Shown here piece by piece: positions 52,730 to 60,688 of a stretch of 64,000 nt of DNA; position 1 is the first letter of the stretch, and the number at the start of each line of letters is the position of its first letter. The DNA is from an uncultured Rhodospirillaceae bacterium (GTDB taxonomy: Bacteria; Pseudomonadota; Alphaproteobacteria; MPNO01; UBA2964): positions 27,543 to 91,542 of the forward strand of contig CAZCKO010000002.1 of the NCBI GenBank assembly GCA_964499275.1, in the 5' to 3' direction. The notes beneath the pieces were generated by a model. That model saw only the letters and a program-made list of their open reading frames with translations, was not told the origin of the DNA and did no database searches. Made by a program: the position numbers and the translations under genes.

Positions 52730-53290
52730 ATGGCGGTTGATCATTTGACAATACGTGACTTTGCCAATGCTGTGCAGGCGCAGATTAAAATACACGGTAG
52801 GGAAGCGGAAAATATCCTCGAAGGGATACGGGACCCAATCGAAAAAATACTTGCGAGTGATCTAAGTGCCATTGGCGTAAAGCGTGAGGGCAATCACATC
52901 GATGAGTCACGCTATCTATATTACGATGGTGAAATGTCTATAACTTTCGATCACTTACCCCAAGGTAAGGATATCCCTCCACATGACCATGGTACCTGGG
53001 AGGCTTTGGCCATTTATAGCGGTCGCTTACACCATATCGTATATGATCGTAGGGACGATGGTAGTATCAATGGTTACGCAGAATTAGAGATAATAGATGA
53101 CCGTATACTTGAGGTGGGTGATGTTTCGATGGTGGCCCCACCTGCTGAAATCCACAGTTTTACTGCTCAGACGGAAGATACGTGGTCGGTTACGATAGTT
53201 GGTAGTCCTTATAAAATGGATAGGCATTATTATGATCCAGCGAATAATTCCTGTAGGATTGCGAACCCGAAAAAACAAAAGGTGGTTTAG
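52730..53290 (+). CDS. Cupin-domain metalloprotein
   Basis: ORF 52715..53290, with ATG at 52730. Canonical cupin motif 1 HDHGTWEALAIYSG (HxHx3Ex6G) and a distal His in PPAEIHSF. Confidence 0.6.
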   Translation: MAVDHLTIRDFANAVQAQIKIHGREAENILEGIRDPIEKILASDLSAIGVKREGNHIDESRYLYYDGEMSITFDHLPQGKDIPPHDHGTWEALAIYSGRLHHIVYDRRDDGSINGYAELEIIDDRILEVGDVSMVAPPAEIHSFTAQTEDTWSVTIVGSPYKMDRHYYDPANNSCRIANPKKQKVV

Positions 53291-53298
53291 AGACCAAG

Positions 53299-53736
53299 AT
53301 GGGATTGTCTAAAGCAGATGTTGGCCGCCGATTTTTTGGGCCGTCCAAAACTTTAAATGATGCACATTTTTTAATGTTTTCTGCCATTACGGCTGACGTG
53401 CACCCAATCCATTATGACGTTGAGTATGCACGGAATACAGCGTTTGGAGCCCCAGTGGCTCACGGACTTCTGCTTTCAGGTTTGATGGCGCTGGGCGCGT
53501 CTGATGCGAAGGCGGAGCTTGATCATCTGGCTATGCTTGAACAGGGAACAACATTTCTCAAACCTGTCAAAGTTGGTGATACGGTGCATCCAGAATTTGA
53601 GGTTGAAGATGTTTGGGAAGACCAGAAACAACGCTCATTCTGTCGTTTTAAGACTAGTCTGCTAAATCACACAGGCGATGTCATGGCAAAAGGTTTTCAT
53701 GTTTATCGGATTTTGCCGCAGCCAGAGAAAAGTTAA
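53299..53736 (+). CDS. MaoC-like (R)-hydratase hotdog-fold protein
   Basis: 145 aa. Hydratase-type motif ITADVHPIHYDVEYA followed by VAHG. Confidence 0.75.
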   Translation: MGLSKADVGRRFFGPSKTLNDAHFLMFSAITADVHPIHYDVEYARNTAFGAPVAHGLLLSGLMALGASDAKAELDHLAMLEQGTTFLKPVKVGDTVHPEFEVEDVWEDQKQRSFCRFKTSLLNHTGDVMAKGFHVYRILPQPEKS

Positions 53737-53737
53737 G

Positions 53738-54163
53738 ATGAAAAAGAAACGCAAACCGGTTTTTATCGGTGATCAGTGGCCGGACAAATACACTTACGTT
53801 CCCGCGTTACGTGTTGGAAATACAATCTGGTTATCAGGGACTACCGGGACTGATGATTCCGGTACCATTACAGCCCCAGATGATATCGTGGAGCAGACAC
53901 GACAAATATTTCGAAAGTTTGAGTCTTTACTCAATAAGGAAGGCGGTTCTTGTTCAGATATTGTTGAAACTAAAGATTTTATTACCACTACTGAGAATTA
54001 CAAAGACACCGCTGACGTTCGACGGGAAATTTTTAAGGGGAAATTCCCATCATCCACGGGGGTCCTGGTTTCTGGGCTTTTGAGGAAGGATGCCCTTATC
54101 GAAATTTCGGCTGTGGCAGTGCTTAATGATAGCTCCGGTGAGCGGCCTCAAGAAGATGGATGA
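53738..54163 (+). CDS. RidA/YjgF-family (enamine/imine deaminase-like) protein
   Basis: ORF 53678..54163. ATG at 53738 lies 1 nt after the upstream stop. RVGNTIWLSGTTG and EISAVAV blocks. Confidence 0.75.
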   Translation: MKKKRKPVFIGDQWPDKYTYVPALRVGNTIWLSGTTGTDDSGTITAPDDIVEQTRQIFRKFESLLNKEGGSCSDIVETKDFITTTENYKDTADVRREIFKGKFPSSTGVLVSGLLRKDALIEISAVAVLNDSSGERPQEDG

Positions 54164-54608
54164 TCCAATACGGTTTTGGGAAGACTTTGTCATGGGGGAG
54201 CGTTACTCTACCGCTACTCGAACTATAACTGATGAAGACCAAGATAATTTCTGTAGCTTAGTTGGTTATGACGTACCGTTATTCTTGGATGATAGTCAGG
54301 AAAAACAAACCTCTTACAGTACGCGCATCTGCCCCAGCCATTTAATCATGTCATTTTCGTCTGCTATGACTGGGCGATTATTTAGAGAAAGCCTTATTGG
54401 GTTGTTAAGTATAGATAATGGTAGTTTTATAGCACCAGTACGCCCAGGGGATACGCTGTCCACTGAGGTGGAAGTTGTTGAGAAACGTCTGAGTTCTCAG
54501 CCGGGACGGGGGATCATAACTTTTCGAGATCACGTATTCAATCAGCATGGCATTGAGGTGTTTCAGGTCGACAAAGTTACCCTCATCCGGTGCCGGGATA
54601 CTGACTGA
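54156..54608 (+). CDS. MaoC-like hotdog-fold protein with degenerate hydratase motif
   Basis: ORF 54090..54608. ATG at 54156 overlaps the RidA stop by 8 nt. The motif position reads LVGYDVPLFLDDSQE, with Phe where the catalytic His is expected. Confidence 0.65.
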   Translation: MDDPIRFWEDFVMGERYSTATRTITDEDQDNFCSLVGYDVPLFLDDSQEKQTSYSTRICPSHLIMSFSSAMTGRLFRESLIGLLSIDNGSFIAPVRPGDTLSTEVEVVEKRLSSQPGRGIITFRDHVFNQHGIEVFQVDKVTLIRCRDTD

Positions 54609-55978
54609 TGGCGAAAGGGTTGATGCAGCATCTAACGCTTCCTGAAATAGAGAAAATTCAAGGTGAAAAACTGCAGCATATGCTCAAGCTCTGTGAGCGG
54701 GGACATAATTTTTATAAACGTTTTTGGGAAGACAAAGGTATTAGTGTTGCTGATGTTCTAAACGTGCATGATCTTGAAAGTTTGCCTCTTACCCAAAAGC
54801 AAGAATTAATGAGAACACCGGATGATTTTCGCCTAGACCTTCCTGATCAGCCTTTGCATGAACGTGCGTTGTGGGAGGTTCTCTACACGACGGGGAGTAC
54901 CGCTGATCCGGTACCTATTTTTAATACCACTTATGATTACCATGCTTATCTTTATCAATCTAAGGCTGTCGCTGAAATTTCAGGTATTCACGAAACAGAT
55001 GTCATCGCCAATCTATTTCCATTGACCCCAGCACCAATGGGTGCATTTGTTCGCTCTGCCGGCAATGCCTATGCGGTGGGAGCTAAAATTTTCGCAGCCT
55101 TGCCGGGTGGCACGTTCAGTCCGTTTGATTTGCAAAACTCGCTTGATCAGGTCGTGGAACGCGTCGAAAAACACCGCGCCAGCATACTATGGGGTGTCCC
55201 AAGTTATATCCGTCGACTTCTCATTAGGGCCCTAGAGCTAAAGGTCGATTTATCGTCCGTACGTATGTGTGCAATAACGGGAGAAGCGACATCGCCAGCG
55301 CTCCGCGAGGACATCCGGCGCTGCTTACGCGATATGGGTGTAGTCAAACCTCTAATCTTTAATCGCTATGGGTCTACGGAGCTTGGAGCTTTTGCTCAAT
55401 GTAAAGAGGAAGGTGACTGGCATAACCCGACACCTGATCTCCAATATCATGAAATTGTTGACCCGATCACTGGGCAGCGCCTGCCTGATGGGGAACGCGG
55501 CGCCCTGGCAGTCACGCATCTCGATAGGCGTGGTACGGTACTGATCCGTTTCGTTGTAGGTGACATAGTTTCTATTGATCGTTCTCCCTGTCCCCATTGC
55601 GGGCGAACTAGCGAGCGGATTGTCGGGCCGGTAGTTCGTACAAAGGATTTAATAAAAATAAAAGGTATGTTGATTAATCCCGACGTACTACTAGGGGCCC
55701 TCCAGTCGATGATATTTATTTCTGAGTTTCAAGTAGTCATCCAACATGAAATTGAAAGTGACCCTCTATCAATGGATGAAATGTTAATCTTGGTTGAACT
55801 AAAGCCAGAAGCCAATGTAGAGGTGGCTCAAGAGATTAAAGAGCAAGTTCACCGGGCGGTTAATGTGACCCCGCGGATTGAATTTGTGGATCGACAAAAA
55901 ATTTACAGTGTCGGGGTCCAGATTAAGGCTACCCGTTTCATCGATAGGCGAAAAACCACCGATAGTATTGTCCGTTAA
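54608..55978 (+). CDS. PaaK/coenzyme-F390-synthetase-type adenylate-forming acid-CoA ligase
   Basis: 456 aa. YTTGSTADPVPI P-loop variant, YGSTELG, and C-terminal KIKGMLINP typical of the phenylacetate-CoA ligase family. TGATG overlap with the upstream gene. Confidence 0.75.
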   Translation: MAKGLMQHLTLPEIEKIQGEKLQHMLKLCERGHNFYKRFWEDKGISVADVLNVHDLESLPLTQKQELMRTPDDFRLDLPDQPLHERALWEVLYTTGSTADPVPIFNTTYDYHAYLYQSKAVAEISGIHETDVIANLFPLTPAPMGAFVRSAGNAYAVGAKIFAALPGGTFSPFDLQNSLDQVVERVEKHRASILWGVPSYIRRLLIRALELKVDLSSVRMCAITGEATSPALREDIRRCLRDMGVVKPLIFNRYGSTELGAFAQCKEEGDWHNPTPDLQYHEIVDPITGQRLPDGERGALAVTHLDRRGTVLIRFVVGDIVSIDRSPCPHCGRTSERIVGPVVRTKDLIKIKGMLINPDVLLGALQSMIFISEFQVVIQHEIESDPLSMDEMLILVELKPEANVEVAQEIKEQVHRAVNVTPRIEFVDRQKIYSVGVQIKATRFIDRRKTTDSIVR

Positions 55979-55979
55979 T

Positions 55980-56726
55980 ATGGAACAAGTCGCGTTGGCC
56001 AATATTTTTAATATTGCCATAGCAATAGGTGCCAGTGTCGCGATGTTTAATGGGATGATCCACGGCTATACCGGGTTTGGCGGTGCCCTCATAATTATAC
56101 CAGTTTTAACATTTATATTTGGCCCAATTGAAGCGATAGCTATGGTGGGGCTTATTACTATGTTTGGATCTGCACAGTTAGTATACAAAACAGTGCATCA
56201 GGCAAAATGGCAAGAGCTCGCACCTATTTGTTTTTGTATAGCTGCGTTTACCCCTTTCGGATCCTGGTTTCTGTTTCATGTTGATGGAGAGTTTATTCGA
56301 AGATCCATGGGTGCCTTTATCTTGCTCTTTGCATTAATTTTATTTAGCGGTTGGAGCTATCAAGGGAATCGAGGAGCCTTGCCAAGCGCGTTGGTTGGGA
56401 TGGCGGCGGGGAGTATTAATGGCCTTACAGGAGTGGGAGGGCCACCATTAGGTCTTTACTTTTTGTCTTCTCCTTATTCGGTAGACGTCCAACGCGCAAA
56501 TATTGTTATTTGTATCGCGGCGCTCACCATTGCAATGGTCGGAGCTAGCGCTATCGGCGGGGCTTATTCCCTGGAGGTAATTCTTCGTGCACTCCTGATT
56601 ACCCCGGCCTATATGTTTGGTGTCTGGCTTGGTTCCTATCTTTTTAATTTGGCGCCGAAAGAATATTTTAAAAAAATTGCTTTGATAATTTTAATAATTA
56701 CCGGGTTATGCACCCTTTTGGTCTAA
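55980..56726 (+). CDS. TauE/SafE-family (DUF81) anion permease, copy 2
   Basis: ORF 55878..56726. ATG at 55980 lies 1 nt after the upstream stop. GYTGFGGALIIIP and GLTGVGGPPLG motifs. Polytopic. Confidence 0.7.
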   Translation: MEQVALANIFNIAIAIGASVAMFNGMIHGYTGFGGALIIIPVLTFIFGPIEAIAMVGLITMFGSAQLVYKTVHQAKWQELAPICFCIAAFTPFGSWFLFHVDGEFIRRSMGAFILLFALILFSGWSYQGNRGALPSALVGMAAGSINGLTGVGGPPLGLYFLSSPYSVDVQRANIVICIAALTIAMVGASAIGGAYSLEVILRALLITPAYMFGVWLGSYLFNLAPKEYFKKIALIILIITGLCTLLV

Positions 56727-56785
56727 ACGATACCCGAATTTTAGTGGAACTAAGGTGTAAGTGAAAATTTTATAGTGAGGGATTA

Positions 56786-57253
56786 ATGTTTAAAATTGGC
56801 GATATCGTTCGAAATGTTCCGGCTAATATCGTTGGCGAGGTAGTTGAGGTTGACGGTGAGGTTATCTACCTAGAGCGGGAAAATGGTGCAGAGGTTGATT
56901 TTGCGGCTTCTGTTCTTGTTCTAGAAAGCGAGTTTCAGACCAAGTTTAGTGGCCTAGTGCAGAAAGACGAAGCGGCGCATACACATGATAAAATTTACCA
57001 CGCGGTAATTGATAATCTCTACCCTGCTTTAATAGAAGTAGGGCAAGGCGCCCATGCTAAAATTGTTCCAATACCGGGTGTACAGCCGAAACGCTGGGAT
57101 GAGCTAACAGCGTTACAAAAACTGAACGCAATTTCAGATGTTACGGATACCCCGGTTAAAAATTTTATTGATGCAAATCAACCGGGAGCAAACCCCTCGC
57201 TCGTCAAATTGCAACTTTCTCTACTTGAAACATTCAAAAAAGGGCGAAAATAA
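56786..57253 (+). CDS. Hypothetical protein
   Basis: 155 aa with no motif recognised. The N-terminus IGDIVRNV..GEVVEVDGEVIYL looks like a small beta-barrel (SH3/KOW-like). GGGA precedes the ATG. Confidence 0.5.
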   Translation: MFKIGDIVRNVPANIVGEVVEVDGEVIYLERENGAEVDFAASVLVLESEFQTKFSGLVQKDEAAHTHDKIYHAVIDNLYPALIEVGQGAHAKIVPIPGVQPKRWDELTALQKLNAISDVTDTPVKNFIDANQPGANPSLVKLQLSLLETFKKGRK

Positions 57254-57477
57254 TGGGAGATTCCCACAATAAGAATAGAACTATTCTTGAAGCCGATGAC
57301 GTGGCTTTGGTCATAAAGTCGGATGGAGAAGCTACTTTATGCTTGCCTGATTATGAAGATGACGATGAAGTACCCAGGCACACTCTTTTGCTTGTTGCAT
57401 TAATGAACAAAATGGAAGATGAGGACTGGGTCGATAAAATAATATCCGAAATACTTTCAACTGAGATAGACGAGTAA
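57253..57477 (+). CDS. Hypothetical small acidic protein
   Basis: 74 aa, rich in Asp/Glu. Its start overlaps the stop of the upstream ORF (TAATG). Confidence 0.45.
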   Translation: MGDSHNKNRTILEADDVALVIKSDGEATLCLPDYEDDDEVPRHTLLLVALMNKMEDEDWVDKIISEILSTEIDE

Positions 57478-57512
57478 ATCCTATGGTCGTATTAGAATGC
57501 GGATCAGATTTT

Positions 57513-58346
57513 CTAGCTTAAATCGAAGCCGTGGCTCTTAAGAAATGCTTTAAACTCAGGCCTTTCGGGTTTGCCCATTTGGCGGGATATATGTTCTGAC
57601 CAGCCATAAAACTCTGCAACACCCCATAGATCGGCACGGGTTTGGTTTTCATCAGGAATAGGAAAGATCGCGTTACGTGTCTGATCATACCCCTGGATAT
57701 CTTTTTCAAGGTTACTGTCGTTATACTGGTTATAATGAACTACTACCGATTGCGGGAGGCGCTGATTGATATAACCCGGTGCTTCTGGCCAGCCAGCCAT
57801 TACACCAGCGATGGGGAAGACGCCGTCTGGTAATTCTAGAATTCTGGTGACAGCATGAATGTTGTCACGCAGGCTACTGAGAGGGGCTGTTCCAAGCCCA
57901 GATGCTTCCGCTGCCATCACAAAAAACCCTAAGGCGAGTGCAGCATCCACCGTTGCATTAAGAAATGTGTCCATATTATTGTTGGCGTGGGGACGCTGGT
58001 GGAATTTTCCAATACGCTGGTTGCGACGGATGTCCGCGCAAAATACGAGTAGCAATGGTTTTCCTTCAAGTCCATTGGTACGCGGACACCAAGGTGCTAA
58101 CTTGTCCCGAATATCCTGGTTCTGTACCACAATGATTGAATACTGCTGAAGGTTGGATTTTGTCGGAGCGGATTGAGCGCAGGCTAGTAGCAATTCCAAA
58201 AGCTCTTCTGAAACGGCCATTTCCTTATAAGAACGAATGGAGTGACGAGAAAGAAGACCTTCAATGGTTGAGTGCACCTCGTTATCATCTCCAATGCTTG
58301 TGTGTTTGCCATAACGAGCGTTAAGCAACTGTTTTATTGTTGCCAT
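57513..58346 (-). CDS. Nitroreductase-family NAD(P)H-flavin oxidoreductase (NfsA-like)
   Basis: 277 aa. RHSIRSYK and APTKSNLQQYSIIVV blocks. Confidence 0.75.
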   Translation of the reverse strand: MATIKQLLNARYGKHTSIGDDNEVHSTIEGLLSRHSIRSYKEMAVSEELLELLLACAQSAPTKSNLQQYSIIVVQNQDIRDKLAPWCPRTNGLEGKPLLLVFCADIRRNQRIGKFHQRPHANNNMDTFLNATVDAALALGFFVMAAEASGLGTAPLSSLRDNIHAVTRILELPDGVFPIAGVMAGWPEAPGYINQRLPQSVVVHYNQYNDSNLEKDIQGYDQTRNAIFPIPDENQTRADLWGVAEFYGWSEHISRQMGKPERPEFKAFLKSHGFDLS

Positions 58347-58361
58347 GAGGGATAGCCTTTT

Positions 58362-58733
58362 CTAATTTTGGTTCTGGGCTCTATCTAAAATATCTTGAGG
58401 TGTTTCGGTTACGATCTCCGCGTAAACGGGCACAAAAGGCCCACTATCGACCAGTTTCACAAATTCTGGTGCCATTTCTACCATTTCCGTTCGGATTTCC
58501 TTGTGGATTTCAATATCTCGCCATTCCCCAATTAGATAGAAATGATCCACGTCTTCAACGTCCCGACACAGGACGCCGTCTTTAACTTGAGCGCTTGATT
58601 TGTGCATCGGGTTATCGTCACCGTAATCAAACTCATTAAATAAACGAATAAATTCACTACCCGTCCCGGGCTTAACCCGAAAGTCATATACGTGGAAAAA
58701 ATTACCTAGTTTTGCGAGTGGTTCCAGTGCCAT
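58362..58733 (-). CDS. Putative ABM-domain (antibiotic biosynthesis monooxygenase-like) protein
   Basis: 123 aa. Ferredoxin-like pattern FHVYDFRVKPG...FYLIGEWRDIEIHKE. Weak call. Confidence 0.4.
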   Translation of the reverse strand: MALEPLAKLGNFFHVYDFRVKPGTGSEFIRLFNEFDYGDDNPMHKSSAQVKDGVLCRDVEDVDHFYLIGEWRDIEIHKEIRTEMVEMAPEFVKLVDSGPFVPVYAEIVTETPQDILDRAQNQN

Positions 58734-58868
58734 TTCCTATGCTCCTTACGTCGAATTTAAATAAACGGTACATCTCACGGCGTTAGCAATCAATGGAGGG
58801 CTTGTTCGTTTGGTGTCAATTTCGGTACACTGGAACAGAAAGTTAAAGTTATAGGAGCTGGTCACACA

Positions 58869-60143
58869 ATGCCTGATACCCATTTAATCGAGGATGGTAG
58901 TAATAGTATGGCAATAGAAGCATTGCATTGGCCCAACGACGATTTATCTCGAATTCCAGACTGGATATACACGTCGGAGGACATTTTAGTTCGTGAACGG
59001 GAACGTATCTTTCTTGGAAAATGTTGGAACTTTGTAGCTTTGGAGGCCGAATTACCTGATGTTGGGTGTTTTAAACGTTCATATGTTGGTGATGTTCCAG
59101 TAATTGTTACGCGTACCGGCGATAATGCATTTAATGTCTTCGAGAACCGCTGTGCACACCGTGGTGTGGAGTTTTGTCGTGAATTACGAGGTAAAGTAAA
59201 TGAGTTTATATGCCCATACCACCATTGGACTTATGATGTAACGGGTGAACTTATAGCGGTACCTTTTCGTCGAGGTGATAAAGGAAAAGGGGGAATGCCC
59301 AAGGAATTCGATTTGGGTGAACATAACCCTAGGCAGTTCCGAGTTTCATGCCGTCATGGTGTTATTTTTGCTACCCTCTTAAATGATACCGAATCCCTAG
59401 AGGAATATTTGGGGCCAGAGACACTCGAGCAATTTGACGTGGTCTTTTCTGGAAAGGAGCTTAAGGTACTTGGGTACTATCGAAATCGACTCAATGGTAA
59501 TTGGAAACTCTATCACGAAAATTTAAAGGACCCATATCACGCAACGCTTTTGCATGTTTATCTTGCCACTTTTCGGCTCATGGTGGCTGGTCAGAAATCC
59601 GCAATGATCTGTGATGAGGTAGGACGTCACGCTACGGCAGCTTCTGCTAAGGATGACGCAATCGAAATCGGAGAGGATTTGGTAGATGAAATGAAGGGGG
59701 CCTATCGTGTTGGTATGGATCTAAATGATGAAGATTTTACACGCTATGTGCCCGAATTCGACAGCCCTTGGACCGTTACGATGTCAACTATTTGGCCTAA
59801 CCTTATTGTGCAAAGAGAATTGAATACTCTAGGAATTCGTCACATCGTGCCACGTGGGCCACATGCACTCGACATGTATTGGACAATGTTTGGTTATGTA
59901 GGAGATAGTGAGGAGATGACCAAACATCGAATGAAGCAGGGCAACTTAATGGGCCCTTCGGGTTATCTGGGTGTTGATGATAATGAGGCGATTAAGTTTT
60001 TGCAGGATGGATTTAGAAACTCAATGCCAGGTGAGGGTGTGGTGAAGCTCGACCCTGACAATGAAGGCGGCACTGATACACTTATTTCTGAGGCATCAAT
60101 CCGTTCCCTTTATCGTCATTACCGTGAAGTTATGGACATATGA
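58869..60143 (+). CDS. Rieske-type aromatic ring-hydroxylating oxygenase alpha subunit (pair 2)
   Basis: 424 aa. CAHRGVEFC...CPYHHW. Iron site DPYHATLLH. Confidence 0.9.
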   Translation: MPDTHLIEDGSNSMAIEALHWPNDDLSRIPDWIYTSEDILVRERERIFLGKCWNFVALEAELPDVGCFKRSYVGDVPVIVTRTGDNAFNVFENRCAHRGVEFCRELRGKVNEFICPYHHWTYDVTGELIAVPFRRGDKGKGGMPKEFDLGEHNPRQFRVSCRHGVIFATLLNDTESLEEYLGPETLEQFDVVFSGKELKVLGYYRNRLNGNWKLYHENLKDPYHATLLHVYLATFRLMVAGQKSAMICDEVGRHATAASAKDDAIEIGEDLVDEMKGAYRVGMDLNDEDFTRYVPEFDSPWTVTMSTIWPNLIVQRELNTLGIRHIVPRGPHALDMYWTMFGYVGDSEEMTKHRMKQGNLMGPSGYLGVDDNEAIKFLQDGFRNSMPGEGVVKLDPDNEGGTDTLISEASIRSLYRHYREVMDI

Positions 60144-60664
60144 CCAAAGAGAGAGGTCGGACTTCGGTTAAGAAATATTCGGAAGAGGAAAGGCGGGCTT
60201 TACGTTTCAAAATTGAAGAATTTAATACGGAATACTCGGCGGCCCTTGATGATCAAGATATTAATCGCTGGCCTAGTTTTTTCACTGATGATGCATTTTA
60301 CCGGGTAACCGCAAAGGAAAACTTTGATCAAGGCTTACCTGTTGGACTGGTCTGGCTAGAGGGCCGAGCGATGTTTCTTGATCGGGTGGCAGCGATTGAG
60401 AACACAATGGTCTTTGCTCCGCGTTATCTGCGGCATTATGTAACTAACGTTGACGTTTTGGGTTATAATGATGCACAGGAGATAAGCGCTAAAGCAAACT
60501 ATCTTATCGTGGAAACATTAATGGAGGATTCTACAAAAATTTTCCAGGCTGGTATTTACCAGGATCTATTTGTATACGATGAGAGTGGTTGCCTTAAATT
60601 AAAATTCCGTGATTGTATCTACGATAGCCTCTTAATACCAAATGACATGGTGTTTCCGGTTTAA
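60140..60664 (+). CDS. Ring-hydroxylating oxygenase beta subunit (NTF2-like, pair 2)
   Basis: 174 aa. ATGA overlap with the alpha subunit. WPSFFTDDAFYRV is typical. Confidence 0.8.
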   Translation: MTKERGRTSVKKYSEEERRALRFKIEEFNTEYSAALDDQDINRWPSFFTDDAFYRVTAKENFDQGLPVGLVWLEGRAMFLDRVAAIENTMVFAPRYLRHYVTNVDVLGYNDAQEISAKANYLIVETLMEDSTKIFQAGIYQDLFVYDESGCLKLKFRDCIYDSLLIPNDMVFPV

Positions 60665-60688
60665 TAAGTGAATTTTGTAATTTGGCGG

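Noticed and set aside
52730-53290. Calling the cupin a thiol dioxygenase (cysteine or 3-mercaptopropionate dioxygenase type), which would fit the TauE-like permease
   Set aside because: The motif is the canonical HxHx3Ex6G with the Glu retained. Thiol dioxygenases characteristically lack that Glu, and no other diagnostic residues could be verified by eye.
53678-56000. Long N-terminal extensions of ORFs 53678.., 54090.. and 55878.. that overlap the preceding genes by 60 to 100 nt
   Set aside because: Internal ATGs located 1 nt after, or overlapping, the upstream stop codons give family-typical N-termini (RidA, MaoC, TauE). The extensions have no similarity.
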